Source: Auanema rhodensis (taxonomy: Eukaryota > Animalia > Nematoda). Taken from it: a DNA stretch of 64,000 nt. Shown here piece after piece: positions 38,810 through 50,641 of this stretch. Numbering within the stretch: position 1 is the stretch's first letter; each line of letters opens with the position of its first letter. The notes below the pieces were generated by a model, which worked only from the letters and a program-made list of their open reading frames with translations, did not search any database and was not told the origin of the DNA. A program made the translations under genes and the position numbers. The stretch covers positions 8,742,001 to 8,806,000 of the forward strand of contig OZ059895.1 in the NCBI GenBank assembly GCA_964057225.1, read 5' to 3'.

Positions 38810-39914
38810 CTAGTCCTTTTCACTGGTGGTCTTACTTTCCGAGATCTCATTTTTACGTATATGTGCTACACGACGAGCTTCTTCTCGTCGAGCTTTTATT
38901 TTCCTGGTATGATCGGAATCTTGTACAGCTTTCAGCCATCTATAGTTTTCAGGTTAAACAATGTCATCAAAAAGAAAACAACCTGTACTCTTCCCGAATT
39001 TCATCCCTATTTCGTTGCGCCAATTCCTCATTTCTTCGTTTCCAAGCTTCATCGACGTCTTGCTTCAGAATGCGGCCAAGCTCTTCTAATTCGGCTTGAT
39101 CCACTTCTCGTCCTTGAAAATCAGATTGTCGTAGAAAGGACTTGGCTATTTCGGTGGGATCTTCCAATTGCGAGATTTGGAACTCTCGATATTTCAACTG
39201 AGCACTAGCTTTAGTTGTGAAAACATATTTGAGAAATAGTGTACTTACAGATATCCTATGTTATATAATAAAACTACGAATCCTCCTATTAGAGTCCATC
39301 GAAAAATCATTTTCCATTGTTCATCTGATTTTTTCTGATATCCAGAATCTGCCATAGATTGAGATGGAAACGGATTTCTAAAAGAAGATTAATATCTATT
39401 TATTTAATAAGCCGAATACCTGCGAGAAAAGTCATACGATGATCCATAGTCGTATGGATTATACATGCTGTTATATGACTTCTTATCTCGGTTGTCATAA
39501 TTACGTCTATTTTATACTGAATAATTTGCAAGAAAAAAAGTTGAACCTATCAGCTGGACGACGGAGACAATCGTAAGCTTTTTTAAGTTCTACAAAGGCT
39601 TCTGATGTCTTATTATTGCCAGTGTTATCAGGATGTAACTATATTTCATTAAAAAATATAAATTTTTTAAAATCTGAACTCTTACAGTTTTCGATTTCTT
39701 ATAGAAAGCTTTTTTAATTTCTGCGAGTGATGCATTCTTTTCAACTCCTACAATATCATAGTAATCCTTGGATGAGCTGGAGTTATTCCTACATCAATAC
39801 TTATTTAAAAAAATTTTTTAAAAGTGTCAACCTAATATTGCACCCAATCGGTATACGCTTAATAATTATAGTGTGTATTGCGGTAGAATTCAGAGAGTAT
39901 TTCACCGAGAGCAT
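38810..39914 (-). CDS. dnj-4: DnaJ-domain protein with one TM segment (DNAJC4-like), probable dnj-4 orthologue
   Basis: Basic presequence-like N-terminus, J domain KDYYDIVGVEKNASLAEIKKAFYKKSKT|LHPD..FVELKKAYDCLRRPADR, hydrophobic segment WTLIGGFVVLLYNIGY, charged C-terminus ending KTTSEKD*. Confidence 0.85.
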
Positions 39915-40284
39915 GATTTTAAGGAAATAGTGGAATTATGGAAGAGAGAGCATCTGAGTGTTTAAGAAAGTGTCAATCCTACACGGCGTTTACAATGTGT
40001 CTTCGTGCTCATTGCATGGGCGTGGCCACAGAAATTTCGGGATGCATTTCATGAAGAGCTCAAGTCCAAGCATTAATATATTTGCTTGCATGGTGGAAAA
40101 AACAAATTCTTAAACTATATCAGGCTATTCTTACTAGTAGATCACTATGCTACTTTTTTAAAAACTTGTTTCCCATTCTTCCTTTCTTTTCTCTCGTAGT
40201 ACCTCTATCACATACCGTGTACATTACTGTATATTGAGATCTCTCCTTATTCGTAAAGTAAGTATTGTTGTTGTAGAGATATTG
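39915..40284. promoter_or_regulatory. Bidirectional promoter region between dnj-4 and chp-1
   Basis: 370 bp between divergent ATGs. Contains a GC-box GGGCGTGGC (40018-40026) and HSE-like dyads GAAatTTC (40031-40038) and TTCatGAA (40048-40055). Confidence 0.5.
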
Positions 40285-41573
40285 ATGACCTCAGTTGTTT
40301 CTACACAAGCTGAAGGTGAAGCGAGTTTGATCCAGTGCTACAACAAAGGATGTGGACTTAAGTTCGATCCCTTGACAAATAGCGATGGTGAGTATTAATA
40401 ATGCTTCTATGCTCAATATGATTAAATCAGAAAGTTGTCGGTTTCATCCTGGGCCTCCTTATTTTCACGATGCGTATAAAATTTGGAATTGTTGTAACAA
40501 GAAAAGTACCGATTTTGGTACTTGGATGAATTATCCAGGTTGCACAACAGGGAGGCATAATGCTGATAAGCCCACTGATATAATTAAAGTAGCCGCTGTG
40601 AAAGAAATCAGACCTGAAAAGGTATGAAGTTTGATCTTGTTTTCTTATCAATTATTATAAATAGGAAGAAGATGTCATTGTTTGGAAAGGTTTAAATAAA
40701 CCAGCTATGAGAATCGCGGAGAGTGAGCGTGTAGAGCAGAAATTAAAGGTTGAACTGTTTCCAGGTAGTAATCTGGAATTATGCCTTTCAGGTTGAGGTC
40801 TCACCTGGTGCGACTGCTGCCATAGAGAAATATAAAGAACAAAACGCTGATAATTTGGGTAATAATGTTCTTAAAGTAGGTGCTGCTTGTCGGCATATGT
40901 CTTGTAATAAGGTAAATATATTTAACATCTGCATATATTATTGTTTTGAATAGACATATACTGGTACTGATTTGGACAGTGAAAGTTGCCATCATCATCC
41001 AGGTGAAGCTATCTTTCATGAGGGAATGAAATATTGGTCATGCTGCCAAAAAAAGACTTCCAACTTTGGAGCTTTTCTTGAGCAAAAAGGCTGTACAAGT
41101 GGAGTACATGATTGGAGTTTGGTATCTTTATAGTCCGTTATTCATAACTAAATATTAAATTTAGAACGAGAAGGTGGATAAGGTTAAGGAAGACTGGTTC
41201 TCCAGCAGCGGTATTATAACTGTTAACATTTATTGCAAGGTGAGCATTACTGAGTTTTTGGAAAATTCACATTTTCTCTCATTTTAGGGTATTCTTCCCG
41301 AAGAATCATCTATAATTTCTGACGGACAAGTGTTACGAGTTCATTTAAAACATGGATTCGGAAATAAGGAAACTGATATATTGTATGAATTGTGGGGAAG
41401 GATTGAACCACTTGAAAGCGTAGCTATAATTGGAGAACGAAAGGTATATTTATTCGTGTAAATTTTGTTGCCATCTTCATACTTCATAGGTTGAGATCAA
41501 GTTAAAACAGCAGGATTTAGTTGGGTGGCCTCGTCTCCGATACGAACCAGATTTAGATGCTCAAAATACTTAA
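40285..41573 (+). CDS. chp-1: CHORD-containing Hsp90 co-chaperone (CHORDC1/morgana)
   Basis: CHORD I CYNKGCGLKFDP..CRFHPGPPYFHDAYKIWNCCNKK..GCTTGRH; CHORD II CRHMSC..CHHHPGEAIFHEGMKYWSCCQKKTSNF..GCTSGVH; CS domain EDWF..VNIYCKG..LWGRI..KVEIKLK..WPRL. Confidence 0.96.
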
Positions 41574-42361
41574 TGGTTATGTGATTAGATATGAAAATTT
41601 CAAGTGTTTCATGCTCGTTTACTATTTTTATTAATCTCGTAATGTAGGTCTCTTACTGTTGATCTACGGTTGTTGTTCAATCGTGTGGAATATTTTTATA
41701 CATATGCACGTCATGATTGTAATGAAATTTTTTTCTTAAATTACTGTGTTCATTTGACTATTTGGATGTTGATATTTTTAAATTTCATTGTTTTTTCCGC
41801 AAAAGCATGGAGTACGTAATATTGAGAGACCATGTGAGAGGCGCCCTTGCATTGATCGATACGCTCTGCTACATTATGCTTCGTCGCCAGAAACTTCTGT
41901 TATTTTTTTTGTTAATAAGTTGTTATCTGTTTTGTTTTTGCAATATCTTAACAATAATCTTTTTGAAATCAATGGAAATTTTTCCCTTTAGGTATTAGGC
42001 ATAATTTTATAAATTTTGATTAACTCTATTTAATACAAATTCATTTTGTCTATATATTTATGTTCTTGAATATTCCTTACTTTTAATTATTCTTATAATT
42101 TTGGAAATAATTTCATGTCATTGAAATGTTTGATGGCTTGATTATTTCTTAACTTACGTGTCGTAGTCGATTCGTTCCTAGCCTACGTGTCATATGCATT
42201 TGCCTGCATAGGTATTTGTGTACAAGACGATTAATCGATGCTCTTAGTGGAACTTTTATTTTTCTCTATATCTTTTGTATTTTTTTTTACATTTATAAGT
42301 AAAATATTTCTTATAAATTAATTTATTATATTACTGATAAAATAAGTTTTATATTCAGAAA

Positions 42362-43373
42362 ATGAGTTCAAATTCCGAACCTACAGTTTTTGAGCGATTG
42401 AACAGAGCCTTCACTGGCCTGAATGAGGACATGTAAATTTTTTTAAAAAACATAACTTTGAAGCTTTCTAAATTTAAGTGATAAACCCGTTCGTAGCCAT
42501 TTACGTAATGTCTATGCTACAGTTGGACTTGGAATCTTTTCCAGCGCTATCGGTGCTGCAATTCATTGGGCCACGGAAACAAAGTGAAAAAGCCAATTTA
42601 TATATTTTATTAATTATTTATATTTTGCAGTATTGGATTACTATTATCTTTGGTAAGTATCTACTTAATCTACCGTGTCTACACAAGTGGACCTCGTGTC
42701 GACAGTACTCGCATGGGAATGTTTTTGGCTTTTTGTGCTCTTAACGGTATTAATCAAAGTGGAAAACTCGATTTAATATTGAATTTTTTTAGGTATTGGA
42801 CTTGGCCCTCTTTTACAAAGAGCTATCAGAATTGATCCTTCTATTGTAATGACTTCCTTGTTAGGTGCCTCAGCCATATTCTTTTGCTTTACCATGGCAG
42901 CACTAACTTCAAAGAGCACCAAGTACCTTCATCTCCGCGGTAAGCATGCTTTTGTTTTAAATTTTTTTTGTTTGGTTTTATTTTTTGTTTTTTGTTTCAT
43001 TTAATTTTTTCCAGGAACACTTAGTTCAGCTTTGTTTGGACTTCTCTTTGGCTGCTTCTTCCTTTCCCACTTTGTAATTATTTGTGCAAGTAAGTTAATG
43101 TCGAAGTTATCAATAAATATAAAACTTATTTAAGGTCTTCTCATAACTTGTGGATTCCTTCTCTATGATACTCAACGTATTGTAGAAAAAAATAAGATGG
43201 GAGATAACGATTATCTAAAGCACGCTTTGGACTTATTCATTGACTTTGCCCGCCTCTACAAGTAACAAAATATTTTTAAACTTTAAATTCTAAACAACTA
43301 TTATTTCAGAGATTTGCTTCTATTGCTTTCTGAGAAGAGAGAAGGAGAACGTAGAAACAAAAGAAGAGATTAA
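42362..43373 (+). CDS. TMBIM6: Bax inhibitor-1 (TMBIM6) orthologue
   Basis: Seven exons give HLRNVYAT, R.GMFLAFCALNGIGLGPLL..IDPSIVMT..AIFFCFTMAAL..KYLHL.GTL.S, CGFLLYDTQRIVEK..GDNDYLKHALDLFIDF and a basic tail EKREGERRNKRRD*, colinear with human BI-1. Confidence 0.92.
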
Positions 43374-43739
43374 TAAAATTTTCTGATCGAAAATTCCAAG
43401 TGATATAAACCTTTATAATTATAAGATATTTGCTCGTAAATAAACATTTATTGCTATGGAAATCTTTGCAACATTTCATTTTACTTAGGAAACTATTATA
43501 TTAGACTTCAGAAATAAATGCAGGGTTTCGATCAATACAAGATTTTTTCAAATTGTTTTCTTCAAAATTTCTAGCTTATTGCTCTATTTTTTTTTATTAA
43601 TTTTTACTTTTTGGCTGTTTTTTTATGAAAAAGAAAGTTGTTTGAGATTATTTTAAAAAAAAGTTATAGCGGCTCAAAATAGGCGTTTTAAAATAGCAAA
43701 ATCGTCAATTTTTGTTTATTGTATTGTATTACTTCTCTA

Positions 43740-44175
43740 ACTACTAAAAACATCAATGAATTAGGAGGATAAGACAGTATTCACAAACTTACAATAGACG
43801 GTTTGTTCCAGATATTTCGAAACGTAGATCTCAATTAGGAAGATTATGAAGGTTGTGGTCGGCATTCACTCATTGATGAAGATGTGCTGAAGACTCTTAT
43901 TGAATCAACAATCAGATAACTTGCCACTGAACTTCACGTGAGGAAATCAACCTTATCTGAGCATTTAAGGAAGATTGGAAAATGAAAAAAACTGGATAAA
44001 TGGATTCCTCATGAGGTGACACAACAAATGTTGCATGTCGCAACCACCTCATTTCGTACATAAGCTGATTAGACGTTGGCACAAATGTGTGGGATGAAAT
44101 GAAAGCTAATTTGGTTAAACTTTTTTTGATAAGGTTCCTCAAGGTTATGTTATAATTTGTTCGCACATCCTAATT
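43740..44175 (+). mobile_element. Degenerate, internally deleted mariner (Tc1/mariner) transposon remnant
   Basis: Frame with stops and a frameshift reads TKNINELGG*DSI..FQIFRNVDLN*EDYEGCGRHSLIDEDVLKTLIE..LATELHVRKSTLSEHLRKIGK/MKKLDKWIPHE (HTH plus WVPHEL motif). It is followed shortly by HKLIRRWHKCVG*N (mariner C-terminal KL..RW.KC) and a TIR-like end ...GCACATCCTAATTA. Confidence 0.85.
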
Positions 44176-44307
44176 ACAACAACAAAAATTTTGATTATTA
44201 TTTCTTATTCAGCTTTTTTATACTTCTGGAATGAAGTATAAAAATTTGGCATACTTATGGAGAACAAAGATTTAATCCCAACGATCGCAACACATTTACG
44301 TCTGGCA

Positions 44308-44316
44308 GGCGCGAAA
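44308..44316 (-). promoter_or_regulatory. Canonical E2F site upstream of DNA polymerase alpha
   Basis: GGCGCGAAA (reverse TTTCGCGCC) ~280 nt before the pola-1 ATG in otherwise very AT-rich DNA. Replication genes are classic E2F targets. Confidence 0.55.
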
Positions 44317-44594
44317 ATGAACATTTTATTTTAAGAAATTTCTTATCTTGCAATTGATTATTTCTTCAAAATTGATTATTTCTTTGAGAATATAAATAAA
44401 TTATATTAGTAAATACTTAGAATTTTCCAACAATATACACTGCTTTATGATTAATATAAATATAAGCAATTTATTCGCTTCTTATAAGCATTTGGCCTTT
44501 TGTTTATATCTCTGCATCTACAAAAGCTACTTTTTTCTACCTTTAGTCTATCATATACCTTAATTCTTTCTAAGTCAAGTTTTTAAGACCACTA

Positions 44595-47500
44595 ATGTCG
44601 GATGTCGAAAATGATATAGAAATTAGGCGCTCTAGCAGATCTAGAGGTGTAAAGAAAAATCAAAGTGCCTTAGAAGCATTGAAAGAAGCTAGAAGAAGTG
44701 GTAAAGTTCATAGACCGGACGTGAGTTAAAGTTTTTTTTTCAATTTGCGAGTATCAGAACTTCTAATTATAACTTATATAGGTGGAAAATCTTGTAAAAA
44801 ATGTATATGAAGAGGTAAATGATGAAGAGTACGATGAAATTATACGGACTCGCCAAGCTGCAGGCTTTGTTGTTGATGACGGTATATTTCTTCATTAATT
44901 CTATATCTTTAAATTGGGTTTTCTCAAGACGGTGGTGGATATGTTGATCATGGAGACGATTTTTTCGAAGATGAAGAAGAAGAAGATAAGTCTGTGTCTA
45001 AAGATTCTAAAGCTAAAAAAAAGGAGAAAAAAAAGAGAGGTTTTTTTTGTTAAAAATATTTAAATATCACTTGCTTTTTTAAAGAAAGTAGGCCAGGAAC
45101 TTTGAATAAGTTTTTCGGTGCAGGTGTGTCAAACAGAAAAGTGAAGGATGAAGTATGAACATTTTTTTCAATTTAAATCTTAAAAAGTTTTTGTAGTCGG
45201 ATATAAAGTTGGGTGATGATGATCTATTAAAAAATATGCTTGCTGATCTGGGTGATGCTGATGACGATGAAGAGATCAGTAGCCCAATGCCCACTTTCCA
45301 AAGTAATCCTTTTGCAAGAGGTGGAATAAAAAGAGCAGCCACAGGTATTCGGAGACGTTTTTTTACTCTTAATTACTAATTATATTAGATGGTGATGCAA
45401 TCACCCCTCGACCTGTTGTTAAAAAAGTAGCACTAACCAATCGTTCAACTCCTCTACGTCAACCAACTTTGAATTTGAAACCATTACCAACTCAGAAAGC
45501 TGAAAATGAATTATCCGAGCGAAACGATAATGTTTTCACTAGAACGATAAATTCTTCTACTGTTGGCACAGCGGAAGTGAAAGAAGAAGTGAGTTTTTGG
45601 ATTATTTCCACAATTTCGAATTGAATTAAGTGTGTCGATGATTATGATGGTGGTGCTTATGACGATGATGATGATTTCGATGCAGTTCCAACGCCGGTTG
45701 CAGCTGATCCTGTTGAGGTTATAGCAGTGAAAACTGCTCCTACACACCCAGTGAAGCTTAAGGCTGAAATAAAAGCCGTGAGTTTTAAGTTCTATTTTCT
45801 TATCCTTTTTTACAAATTTAGGAGTTGGAAGATGCAGAAACTTTTGATAATTCGACATCCGCAGCTTCTCAAGTTGATAATAAGGACGATGTTATGAGAA
45901 TGCTAAACGAAGAATCATGGGCTGATGAGTATGTTTATTTTTCTAATTCTTTTCTTTATAGTTTGTTTCAGAGTTACTGAAGAAGTGAAAGTAGTCGCAG
46001 GAACTGAAGAGTTTTATCAGAAGGATGATAGCGATCAATTTATTCGTATGTACTGGCTTGATGCTTATGAAGATACTGTAAAGCATGCCGGAACCGTTTA
46101 TCTTTTTGGTCGTGTGATGAAAACCAAAACAGCTTCTGCTAGTTGTTGTGTAGTTTTGAAAAACATCCAACGACAAGTTTATGTTCTTCCAAGAGCTTCA
46201 GTAAGTCACCTACTTTTGAAACTAAATTTTAGGACGAAATTGCAGAAATTAGTTAATGGCGTTGAAACAGGTGATTCACCTACTGACATAGAAATTTACG
46301 AAGAAATCAAGAATACACTAATGAGAACAATTGGTGTTGGTGTATTCAAATGTAAAGTAAGATTCTTATTTTTCCTTTCCTATTTAAATATGTTTTCATA
46401 GAAAATTCAAAAAAAGTTCATGAATAATGGTACTGTAGAAGACAAAGATTGTAGCAAAGAAGTTAATATGTTCGAAATCCGATATAGTGTTAGTATTACA
46501 GTATTTATTCATATAATTTATAAAGCTTTTAGAGCACTAGTCCAAAATTGCCTGTTGATTTATCAGGGGAAACCTTCTCAGCTGTATATAATACTACCAC
46601 TACTGCTATGGAACGTTTGATTGTCGAACAAGAGTTCATGGGTCCAGGATGGATTAACATTTCTAATTATGGTAATTTTTTAATTTCTGAACATTGCTTC
46701 ATTTTTTATTACAGTTGAATCAATGGCAAAACAAAGTTACTGTGATTACGAATTTACTGTAAATATGGAGAAGGTAACTAACATAACCTATAATTCCAAC
46801 GATTCGACTCCACCTCCTCCAAGTAGAGTCCTTGTTCTTAATGTACTCACGGCATTAAATGCTTCTAAAACTAGAGAGGTTGTCTTTAAATTTATTTTGC
46901 AGTCATCACTCGTTTTTAGATTTGTATGGTATCTGCTCTATTTAGTTCTAACACTGATATTAATCATCCTTCATCCAATCCTGGAAATTTATCGAGATTC
47001 ACATGTATCTTGTTTCTTTCGAGTTTTTTAAGTTGAGATCCTTTTCCAGTGTTTTGCAAGCCTTCCACCGGCAATCTCCCGTTTAATATTAAAGACTATC
47101 TTACCAGTAAAGGTTTAGAATCAAAAGCCCAAAGCACTGTGAACGAAAAAGCTTTATTATGTCTGTTCTTAGCAAAAATGCAGAAATGCGAACCAGATAT
47201 CATTGTGGTAGATTTTTTTATTATAAACTATACCCTACTATGATATTTAAAGGGCCATGATCTTCAAGCAGCTATGGATTTATTAAAAAGTAGAATGCAA
47301 AAGCTAGGTGTTCCTAATTGGTCTAGAATGAGTCGTCTGAAGCGTTCTGTTAATCTCAGCAGCATAAGGAACAATAAAGCTGGTCAATGGGAATTTACCG
47401 CTGGTCGTTCATTGATGGATTCAAGGTACATTCACAAAACAATTTGAACAATGCATTGATTTCAGGATATCTGCAATGGAAACAGTAAGATGTCGATCAT

Positions 47501-50440
47501 ATGATTTAACTGAGCTGTGTTCTCACATTCTTAAATCACACAGAGTTGAAGTTTATCCACAGGAAATACCGTCTAAATATTCGTAAGTAGAATGTTACTT
47601 AGCCGATTTGCATCGAAGACTTTTAGCGATTCTGTTTCTTTATTAAATCTTATACAAACAACATGGACTGATGCAATGTTATCTTTCGAAATTATTGTTC
47701 GTTTGAATGCTTTACCACTTTATGTTCAAATAACTAATATCTGTGGAGGTGTTCTGGTGAGTTTTTTTATTTATTTATCTTATTTAGTATTTTTTATAGT
47801 CTCGTACGCTTATGGGAGGACGTGCAGAGCGTAACGAATTTTTACTTTTACATGCTTTCCAAAAAGCTAACGTTATTGCACCTAACAAATATATTCCTAT
47901 ATTCAATAAAAAAGGTATTTCTTTGTTTTATATATTTTGTAGCTTTTATTCGTATGCAGATAAGAAAAGTATCAAATCGGAGGCATCAGATGAAACACCG
48001 GTGGAAGCCGTCGATGATACATCTTCTAAAAAGGCTCAGTATTCTGGTGGTCTTGTTTTGGAACCTAAAAAAGGTTTTCTTTTTTTTAAATCACCTCGTT
48101 TTAAAAAAAATTTAAGGTCTATATGACTCCTTAATTCTACTTTTGGATTTCAATTCCTTGTATCCAAGTATTATCCAAGAATATAACATTTGCTTTACAA
48201 CTGTAAAACATGAAAAAGACGGAAATGAGTTACCTGAAGCACCTGTTTCTGGATTACCTGAGGGTATTCTTCCTAAAGAAATTCGTGTTCTTGTTGATAG
48301 ACGTCGTCAAGTTAAAACTTTGATGACAGCTCCTAACCTACCTGAGGCTAAGAAGAAGCAGGTTTTACTTTTTTTCTTATAGTATGCTCTAAGAGATGTT
48401 TAGTATGATATTCGTCAAACGGCTCTAAAGTTAACTGCCAACAGTATGTATGGATGCTTGGGTTTCCAAAATTCAAGATTCTATGCCAAACCTCTGGCAG
48501 CTTTAGTAACATCAAAAGGACGAGAGGTTTGCGTCAATATTATAATTTCTTTGCTATTTATACTGTTTTAGATTCTTATGCAAACTAAAAGTTTGGTAGA
48601 AAGAATGGGATACTCTGTTGTTTATGGTGATACTGATTCAATTATGGTTAATACCAACGGGGTTGACTTTACCCACGCAAAGAAACTAGCAATTGAGGTT
48701 TTGTATACCGTAGAACCTATTTATTTATTTATTTTTGTTTAGATTAGAAAACAAGTAAATCAAAGTCATAAAATTCTTGAATTAGGATTGGATGGAATCT
48801 TTAAACGCATGTTACTTTTGAAAAAGAAGAAATATGCTGCCTTGGCTGTTTGTTTTATTAAAAAGTTTTTTTTTTGAAAAGTAATTTTTAGGTAAATCCA
48901 GATAATTGTAATGAAATGAAAAAGGAGCTAAAGGGATTAGATATTATCAGACGTGATTGGTCACAATTGGCTCGAGATATTGGAACGTTTGTTCATGATG
49001 TTATTATTTTTTTTACCCATGTTTTTTAGAAAAGTAGTTGATCATATACTAGATCCTGATTTGTCTCGTGAAGAACTCATTTCTAAGATACGTTCGTGTC
49101 TTGAATCTCTCCGTAAACAGTTAGATATGCCTGATAATGATCTCAGAATGTTTGAAATTAGCAAGGTTTTTTGAACCTTACACGTTGCAAAGACATATTT
49201 TGATTTTCAGCAATTAACTCGTAACCCATTGGAATATAATGATATTAAATCTCAACCTCACGCCTCAGTTGCACTTCGGTTAAACAATAGTGGTAAATTA
49301 AGTCTTAAAAGCGGTGATATTGTAGAATATATAATATGCGAGGTTTATTAATGGAAAATATTAAAATTTAACCAAAAATTCAGGATGGATCTACTAAGAC
49401 CGCAACTCAAAGAGCTTATCATCGAACCGAATTCAAAGATAACCCAGATTTAAAACCAGGTGGAGCCTGCTGTTGTTTAAACCTAATAGTTCAAGTTGTT
49501 CAGATATTACTTACTACTTATCTCAGCAAGTTCACCCCGTTGTGAGTCGCTTGTGCGCCCCTGTTGATGAAACTGATCCAATTTTTATAGCAGAGGCTTT
49601 AGGTAAAATAATATTTCTTATAATATCTAGAAGAGAATTTAAGGGTTGGATACTACTGGCTACAAGAGATCAGCGGCAGCTTTGTTGAAGGAGAATGGGC
49701 CTGAAGAAGCAAATTATGATCTCAATTTTGACAATTATGATCATTGCGAAGCTTTCTCTTTTCCTTGCCCCGGAACTTGTGGTTCAACTGTTCATATTAG
49801 AAGTCCTTTCGATGGCGAAGGAAGTTCAATGAAACCATCCTTGGAGTCTTGCAACAAATGTGACACACCCTTTGTAAAGTATGCTTCATACTTAGCAAAC
49901 CTATTGGATAATAGAATGTCTCAATTAGTTGCTTCTCACCTTTCGTCACATTTCAAGTAAAGTTGATTTTATAACAAACATTAGAAAAACATTTTTTGTA
50001 GGTGTGATGAAACAGTTTGCTCATATAGAACAGCCCATTATCAACTTAAATGGTCTAAAGAAGGTTTAGATTGTTCAAAATGTGGAGTTGGAGTTCTCAG
50101 AAAAGAAGTATAATAGCTATACAAATCAATTTTCTTAATTTTAACTTTTAGTATACTGCAAAAAATTTATTCGATCAACAATCTTTCTATAGACAAATAT
50201 TTGACATGAACTCCTCTTTGTCCAAGTTAAAACCTGAGGAGAAGAGTATGTTTTCTTCAAATTTCATTAGCTCATTTGAACATTTTAGGAACAATGAAAG
50301 CACGCTATTGTGCAACTATATCAGTATCAAATGAATTATGTGGAATTGTTAACAATTATCTTCGATTAAATTCATATAATCGTGTAAATCTTGCGTATCT
50401 TTTCGCTCCTATGATTCGTAAAAATAAGGCTCTGAAATAA
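44595..50440 (+). CDS. pola-1: DNA polymerase alpha catalytic subunit; about 30 short introns
   Basis: N-terminal [140 protein letters not shown]-terminal Cys Zn-binding motifs, stop at 50438-50440. Confidence 0.97.
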
Positions 50441-50641
50441 TACTAATGATTCTGTAAAATACTGCATAAGATCTTTTTTTATCTTCATTCTTAATTTAAG
50501 GTTTCAATTTTGTATATGAAATAAATTTATCTTCCATATTTAAATTCATATAATATTGATTTTTGAATGGATTCTCCTATTATTACATACATTTAATTTC
50601 AATCTATGACATTTTAGCTTTCTATTATATTAGAAACAAAA
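50441..50641 (+). promoter_or_regulatory. Operon-like intercistronic region (poly(A) signal followed by trans-splice acceptor)
   Basis: AATAAA at 50520-50525, a U-rich spacer, acceptors TTTTAG (50612-50617) or ATTAG (ending 50633), then ATG at 50642. Confidence 0.6.

Noticed and set aside
43498-43530. Possible left TIR of the mariner relic (TATTAGACTTCAGAAATAAATGC)
   Set aside because: Matches the right end too poorly to call the boundary.
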